This document shows positions 42,419-46,738 of a DNA stretch of 46,738 bases, one piece after another. This DNA is from a virus (Duplodnaviria > Heunggongvirae > Uroviricota > Caudoviricetes). The DNA is taken from IMG/VR virus record IMGVR_UViG_2563366826_000001; one strand, 5' to 3'. The position numbers and the translations under genes are program-made. The notes beneath the pieces are model-generated. The model worked only from the letters and a program-made list of their open reading frames with translations. It did no database searches and was not told the origin of the DNA. How positions within the stretch are numbered: the stretch's first letter is position 1; every line of letters begins with the position of its first letter.

Positions 42419-43018
42419 ATGCGTAAACTTTATGCCGCCATTTTGTCCGCAGCCATCTGTCTGGCCGTATCCGGTGCGCCTGCATGGGCGTCTGAACATC
42501 AGTCCACGCTGAGCGCGGGCTATCTTCATGCCTCGACGAACGTTCCCGGCAGTGATGATCTGAACGGGATTAACGTGAAATACCGTTATGAGTTTACGGA
42601 CACACTGGGGCTGGAGACGTCGTTCAGCTATGCAGGAGACAAGAATCGCCAGCTGACCCGTTACAGCGATACCCGCTGGCATGAAGATTCCGTGCGTAAT
42701 CGCTGGTTCAGCGTGATGGCGGGGCCGTCTGTGCGCGTGAATGAATGGTTCAGCGCGTATGCGATGGCGGGTATGGCTTACAGCCGTGTGTCGACTTTCT
42801 CCGGGGATTATCTCCGCGTAACTGACAACAAGGGGAAAAAGCACGATGTGCTGACCGGAAGTGATGACGGTCGCCACAACAACACGTCTCTGGCGTGGGG
42901 AGCTGGCGTGCAGTTTAACCCGACCGAATCCGTGGCCATTGATGTCGCTTATGAAGGCTCCGGCAGTGGTGACTGGCGCACTGACGGGTTCATCGTGGGT
43001 GTTGGTTATAAATTCTGA
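42419..43018 (+). CDS. lom: Outer-membrane protein Lom (Ail/Lom family), 199 aa
   Basis: MRKLYAAILSAAICLAVSGAPAWASEHQSTLSAGYLHAST...GVGYKF matches lambda Lom. Confidence 0.93.
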   Translation: MRKLYAAILSAAICLAVSGAPAWASEHQSTLSAGYLHASTNVPGSDDLNGINVKYRYEFTDTLGLETSFSYAGDKNRQLTRYSDTRWHEDSVRNRWFSVMAGPSVRVNEWFSAYAMAGMAYSRVSTFSGDYLRVTDNKGKKHDVLTGSDDGRHNNTSLAWGAGVQFNPTESVAIDVAYEGSGSGDWRTDGFIVGVGYKF

Positions 43019-43044
43019 TTAGCCAGGTAACACAGTGTTATGAC

Positions 43045-43072
43045 AGCCCGCCGGTTCAGGCGGGCTTTTTTG
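43045..43072 (+). terminator. Rho-independent terminator after lom
   Basis: agcccgcc-ggttcag-gcgggct hairpin followed by tttttt. Confidence 0.7.
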
Positions 43073-43082
43073 TGGGGTGAAT

Positions 43083-46000
43083 ATGGCAGTAAAAATTTCA
43101 GGTGTACTGAAAGACGGCACAGGAAAACCGGTACAGAACTGCACAATCCAGCTGAAAGCAAAACGTAACAGTACCACGGTGGTGGTGAACACGCTGGCAT
43201 CTGAAAATCCGGATGAAGCCGGGCGTTACAGTATGGACGTTGAGTACGGTCAGTACAGCGTTATTCTGTTGGTGGAAGGATTCCCGCCGTCACATGCCGG
43301 GACCATCACCGTGTATGAAGATTCCCGACCCGGTACGCTGAATGATTTTCTCGGTGCCATGACGGAGGATGATGCCCGTCCGGAGGCACTGCGCCGTTTT
43401 GAACTGATGGTGGAAGAGGTGGCGCGTAACGCGTCCGCGGTGGCACAGAACACGGCAGCCGCGAAGAAGTCAGCCAGCGATGCCGGCACATCAGCACGTG
43501 AGGCGGCAACCCATGCGACTGATGCTGCAGGCTCAGCACGCGCAGCCAGCACATCAGCCGGGCAGGCCGCGACGTCGGCTCAGTCAGCGTCTTCCAGCGC
43601 AGGAACGGCATCAACAAAGGCTACTGAAGCATCAAAAAGTGCTGCCGCTGCAGAGTCCTCAAAAAGCGCGGCAGCTACCAGTGCCGGTGCGGCGAAAACG
43701 TCAGAAACGAATGCGGCAGCGTCACAAAAATCTGCAGCCACTTCTGCATCCGCAGCGACCACAAAGGCGTCAGAAGCTGCCACCTCAGCCCGGGATGCGG
43801 CGGCCTCAAAAGAGGCAGCGAAATCATCAGAAACGAACGCATCATCAAGCGCCAGTAGTGCCGCTTCCTCGGCAACGGCGGCAGGAAATTCCGCGAAGGC
43901 GGCAAAGACGTCTGAGACGAACGCCAGGTCTTCTGAAACGGCAGCGGGACAGAGTGCCTCAGCTGCGGCAGGCTCAAAAACAGCGGCTGCATCATCTGCC
44001 AGTGCCGCCTCAACAAGTGCCGGGCAGGCCTCAGCCAGTGCCACCGCTGCCGGAAAGTCGGCAGAAAGTGCCGCCTCGTCTGCTTCAACAGCCACAACGA
44101 AGGCTGGCGAAGCCACTGAACAGGCCAGTGCAGCAGCGAGGTCTGCTTCCGCAGCGAAGACATCCGAGACGAACGCGAAAGCGTCGGAAACCAGCGCAGA
44201 ATCCTCAAAAACGGCTGCCGCATCGTCCGCCAGTTCGGCGGCTTCATCGGCATCATCGGCGTCAGCTTCAAAAGATGAGGCGACCAGACAGGCGTCAGCA
44301 GCGAAGGGCAGCGCCACGACAGCATCCACGAAGGCGACAGAGGCTGCTGGCAGTGCGACAGCGGCAGCACAGAGCAAAAGTACGGCAGAAACCGCGGCAA
44401 CGCGCGCCGAGACAGCGGCAAAACGGGCAGAGGATATTGCATCCGCTGTGGCGCTTGAGGATGCGAGCACGACGAAAAAGGGGATAGTACAGCTCAGTAG
44501 TGCGACTAACAGCACTTCCGAGTCACTGGCGGCAACACCAAAAGCCGTTAAGGCCGCGTATGACCTGGCTAACGGGAAATACACCGCACAGGATGCAACG
44601 ACAGCACAGAAAGGGATAATCCAGCTAAGCAGCGCGACCAACAGCACGTCTGAAACGCTTGCCGCGACACCAAAGGCAGTAAAAACAGCCTATGACAATG
44701 CTGAGAAACGTCTGCAGAAAGATCAGAACGGTGCGGATATCCCTGGCAAAGACACCTTTACGAAAAATATTGGTGCCTGCCGTGCCTTTGGTGGGTCAGT
44801 AAGCACAATAACAGGAAACTGGACGACTGCACAGTTTATCGAGTGGCTGGATTCTCAGGGAGCATTTAACCATCCCTACTGGATGTGCAAGGGTTCCTGG
44901 TCTTATGGCAATAATAAAATCATTACTGATACTGACTGCGGTAATATTCATCTCGCCGGAGCTGTCATTGAAGTAATGGGGATAAAGTCAGCGATGACGA
45001 TCCGCATTACCACACCGACCACCTCCACTGGTGGTGGAACAACTAACGCCCAGTTTACCTATATTAATCACGGAACATATTATTCACCTGGCTGGCGAAG
45101 GGACTATAACTCCAGAAATAAGCCAACGGCATCAGAGATCGGGGCGTTACCGTCAGGTGGAACAGCAGTATCATCAGTTAATCTGTCTTCAAAAGGTCGG
45201 GTAACCGCGCTGACAGACAATACGCAGGGGGCAACAGGTCTTGAGTTATACGAGGTGTATAACAACGGATATCCAACAGCGTATGGAAATATCATTCACC
45301 TGAAAGGGATGACAGCCGTTGGCGAAGGTGAGTTACTCATCGGCTGGAGTGGTACAAGCGGTGCTCATGCTCCGGCATTTATTCGTTCACGACGGGATAC
45401 GACCGACGCAAACTGGTCGCCGTGGGCGCAGCTTTACACCTCGGCTCATCCTCCTGCAGAGTTTTATCCAGTCGGTGCACCAATCCCGTGGCCATCAGAT
45501 ACCGTTCCGTCTGGCTATGCCCTGATGCAGGGGCAGACTTTTGACAAATCTGCATACCCGAAACTTGCAGCGGCTTATCCGTCAGGCGTGATCCCTGATA
45601 TGCGTGGCTGGACGATTAAGGGCAAACCTACCAGTGGTCGGGCCGTATTGTCTCAGGAACAGGACGGCATTAAATCGCATACCCACAGCGCCAGCGCATC
45701 CAGTACGGATTTGGGGACGAAAACCACATCGTCGTTTGATTACGGCACTAAATCCACGAATAACACTGGTGCGCATACCCATAGTTTAAGTGGCAGCACG
45801 AATGCAGCTGGTAATCACAGCCATAGAGATGGCCGTCGATTTAACCCCAGTGTTTTTAAAGATACTTATCAATATGGTTATACAAGCTCAGGTCAAAATA
45901 CCTGGGGTGTACAAGGCTCAGTAGGTATGTCTACGGGGTGGTTAGCTAATACCAGTACAGATGGTAATCATAGCCACTCACTGTCCGGCACAGCAGCATC

Positions 46001-46154
46001 TGCAGGTGCACACGCGCATACTGTCGGTATTGGTGCTCATACGCACTCCGTTGCGATTGGTTCACATGGACACACCATCACCGTTAACGCTGCTGGTAAC
46101 GCGGAAAACACCGTCAAAAACATCGCATTTAACTATATTGTGAGGCTTGCATAA
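43083..46154 (+). CDS. stf: Side tail fibre Stf (about 1023 aa) with expanded Ala/Ser/Thr-rich repeat shaft and His-rich C-terminal domain
   Basis: [50 protein letters not shown] matches lambda Stf N-terminus; C-terminus contains HxH motifs ([30 protein letters not shown]). Confidence 0.9.
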   Translation: MAVKISGVLKDGTGKPVQNCTIQLKAKRNSTTVVVNTLASENPDEAGRYSMDVEYGQYSVILLVEGFPPSHAGTITVYEDSRPGTLNDFLGAMTEDDARPEALRRFELMVEEVARNASAVAQNTAAAKKSASDAGTSAREAATHATDAAGSARAASTSAGQAATSAQSASSSAGTASTKATEASKSAAAAESSKSAAATSAGAAKTSETNAAASQKSAATSASAATTKASEAATSARDAAASKEAAKSSETNASSSASSAASSATAAGNSAKAAKTSETNARSSETAAGQSASAAAGSKTAAASSASAASTSAGQASASATAAGKSAESAASSASTATTKAGEATEQASAAARSASAAKTSETNAKASETSAESSKTAAASSASSAASSASSASASKDEATRQASAAKGSATTASTKATEAAGSATAAAQSKSTAETAATRAETAAKRAEDIASAVALEDASTTKKGIVQLSSATNSTSESLAATPKAVKAAYDLANGKYTAQDATTAQKGIIQLSSATNSTSETLAATPKAVKTAYDNAEKRLQKDQNGADIPGKDTFTKNIGACRAFGGSVSTITGNWTTAQFIEWLDSQGAFNHPYWMCKGSWSYGNNKIITDTDCGNIHLAGAVIEVMGIKSAMTIRITTPTTSTGGGTTNAQFTYINHGTYYSPGWRRDYNSRNKPTASEIGALPSGGTAVSSVNLSSKGRVTALTDNTQGATGLELYEVYNNGYPTAYGNIIHLKGMTAVGEGELLIGWSGTSGAHAPAFIRSRRDTTDANWSPWAQLYTSAHPPAEFYPVGAPIPWPSDTVPSGYALMQGQTFDKSAYPKLAAAYPSGVIPDMRGWTIKGKPTSGRAVLSQEQDGIKSHTHSASASSTDLGTKTTSSFDYGTKSTNNTGAHTHSLSGSTNAAGNHSHRDGRRFNPSVFKDTYQYGYTSSGQNTWGVQGSVGMSTGWLANTSTDGNHSHSLSGTAASAGAHAHTVGIGAHTHSVAIGSHGHTITVNAAGNAENTVKNIAFNYIVRLA

Positions 46155-46738
46155 TGGCATTCAGAATGAGTGAACAACCACGGACCATAAAAATTTATAA
46201 TCTGCTGGCCGGAACTAATGAATTTATTGGTGAAGGTGATGCATATATTCCGCCTCATACAGGTCTGCCAGCAAACAGTACCGATATTGCACCGCCAGAT
46301 ATTCCGGCTGGCTTCGTGGCTGTTTTCAACAGTGATGAGTCATCGTGGCATCTCGTTGAAGATCATCGGGGTAAAACGGTTTATGACGTGGCTTCCGGCG
46401 ACGCGTTATTTATTTCTGAACTCGGTCCGTTACCGGAAAATGTTACCTGGTTATCGCCGGAAGGGGAGTTTCAGAAGTGGAACGGCACAGCCTGGGTGAA
46501 GGATACGGAAGCAGAAAAACTGTTCCGGATCCGGGAGGCGGAAGAAACAAAAAACAACCTGATGCAGGTAGCCAGTGAGCATATTGCGCCGCTTCAGGAT
46601 GCTGCAGATCTGGAAATTGCAACGGAGGAAGAAATCTCGTTGCTGGAAGCATGGAAAAAGTATCGGGTATTGCTGAACCGTGTTGATACATCAACTGCAC
46701 CGGATATTGAATGGCCAACAGGACCCATTATCGAATAG
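46154..46738 (+). CDS. tfa: Tail fibre assembly chaperone Tfa (194 aa)
   Basis: [54 protein letters not shown] matches lambda Tfa; stop codon is the last triplet of the window. Confidence 0.93.
   Translation: MAFRMSEQPRTIKIYNLLAGTNEFIGEGDAYIPPHTGLPANSTDIAPPDIPAGFVAVFNSDESSWHLVEDHRGKTVYDVASGDALFISELGPLPENVTWLSPEGEFQKWNGTAWVKDTEAEKLFRIREAEETKNNLMQVASEHIAPLQDAADLEIATEEEISLLEAWKKYRVLLNRVDTSTAPDIEWPTGPIIE

Noticed and set aside
43480-44647. Long ORFs on both strands (335 aa plus; 355 and 255 aa minus) inside stf
   Set aside because: They lie entirely within the Ala/Ser-rich repeat tract of stf and translate to low-complexity Pro/Arg/Gln or Ala-rich sequence; they are frame shadows of the repeat.

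Overview
The window is an Escherichia coli chromosomal segment carrying a mosaic lambdoid prophage integrated at the lambda attachment site. It starts with the host gene ybhC (1-1284, minus strand), followed by attL with the lambda core GCTTTTTTATACTAA at 1331-1345. The prophage runs in canonical order to the end of the window: int-xis, an AT-rich accessory island, exo-bet-gam, a non-lambda immunity region, O-P-ren, a DLP12/phage-21-like nin/Q/lysis region, cos, and a lambda-type head and tail set (nu1 through tfa). Protein identities were assigned by recognition of the translated ORFs from memory; no database search was run. The two strongest candidates for an undescribed system are both AT-rich insertions at classical lambdoid moron positions. 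(1) A translationally coupled two-gene operon immediately downstream of cI, in the exact position of lambda rexA-rexB (9223-10874): a protein with a PI3/4-kinase/HipA-like catalytic loop (DRHxxN followed by FDF) plus a DUF3037-like partner. (2) A module between ren and ninB (14814-16305): a zinc-ribbon protein with a GNxxxHG motif, a small ORF interrupted by an in-frame TGA, and a protein with a canonical HEPN Rx4HG motif. Other observations include a second opal-interrupted ORF, a secreted Cys-rich moron, an intact antisense porin gene between Q and the lysis cassette, a divergent J C-terminus and an expanded side tail fiber.
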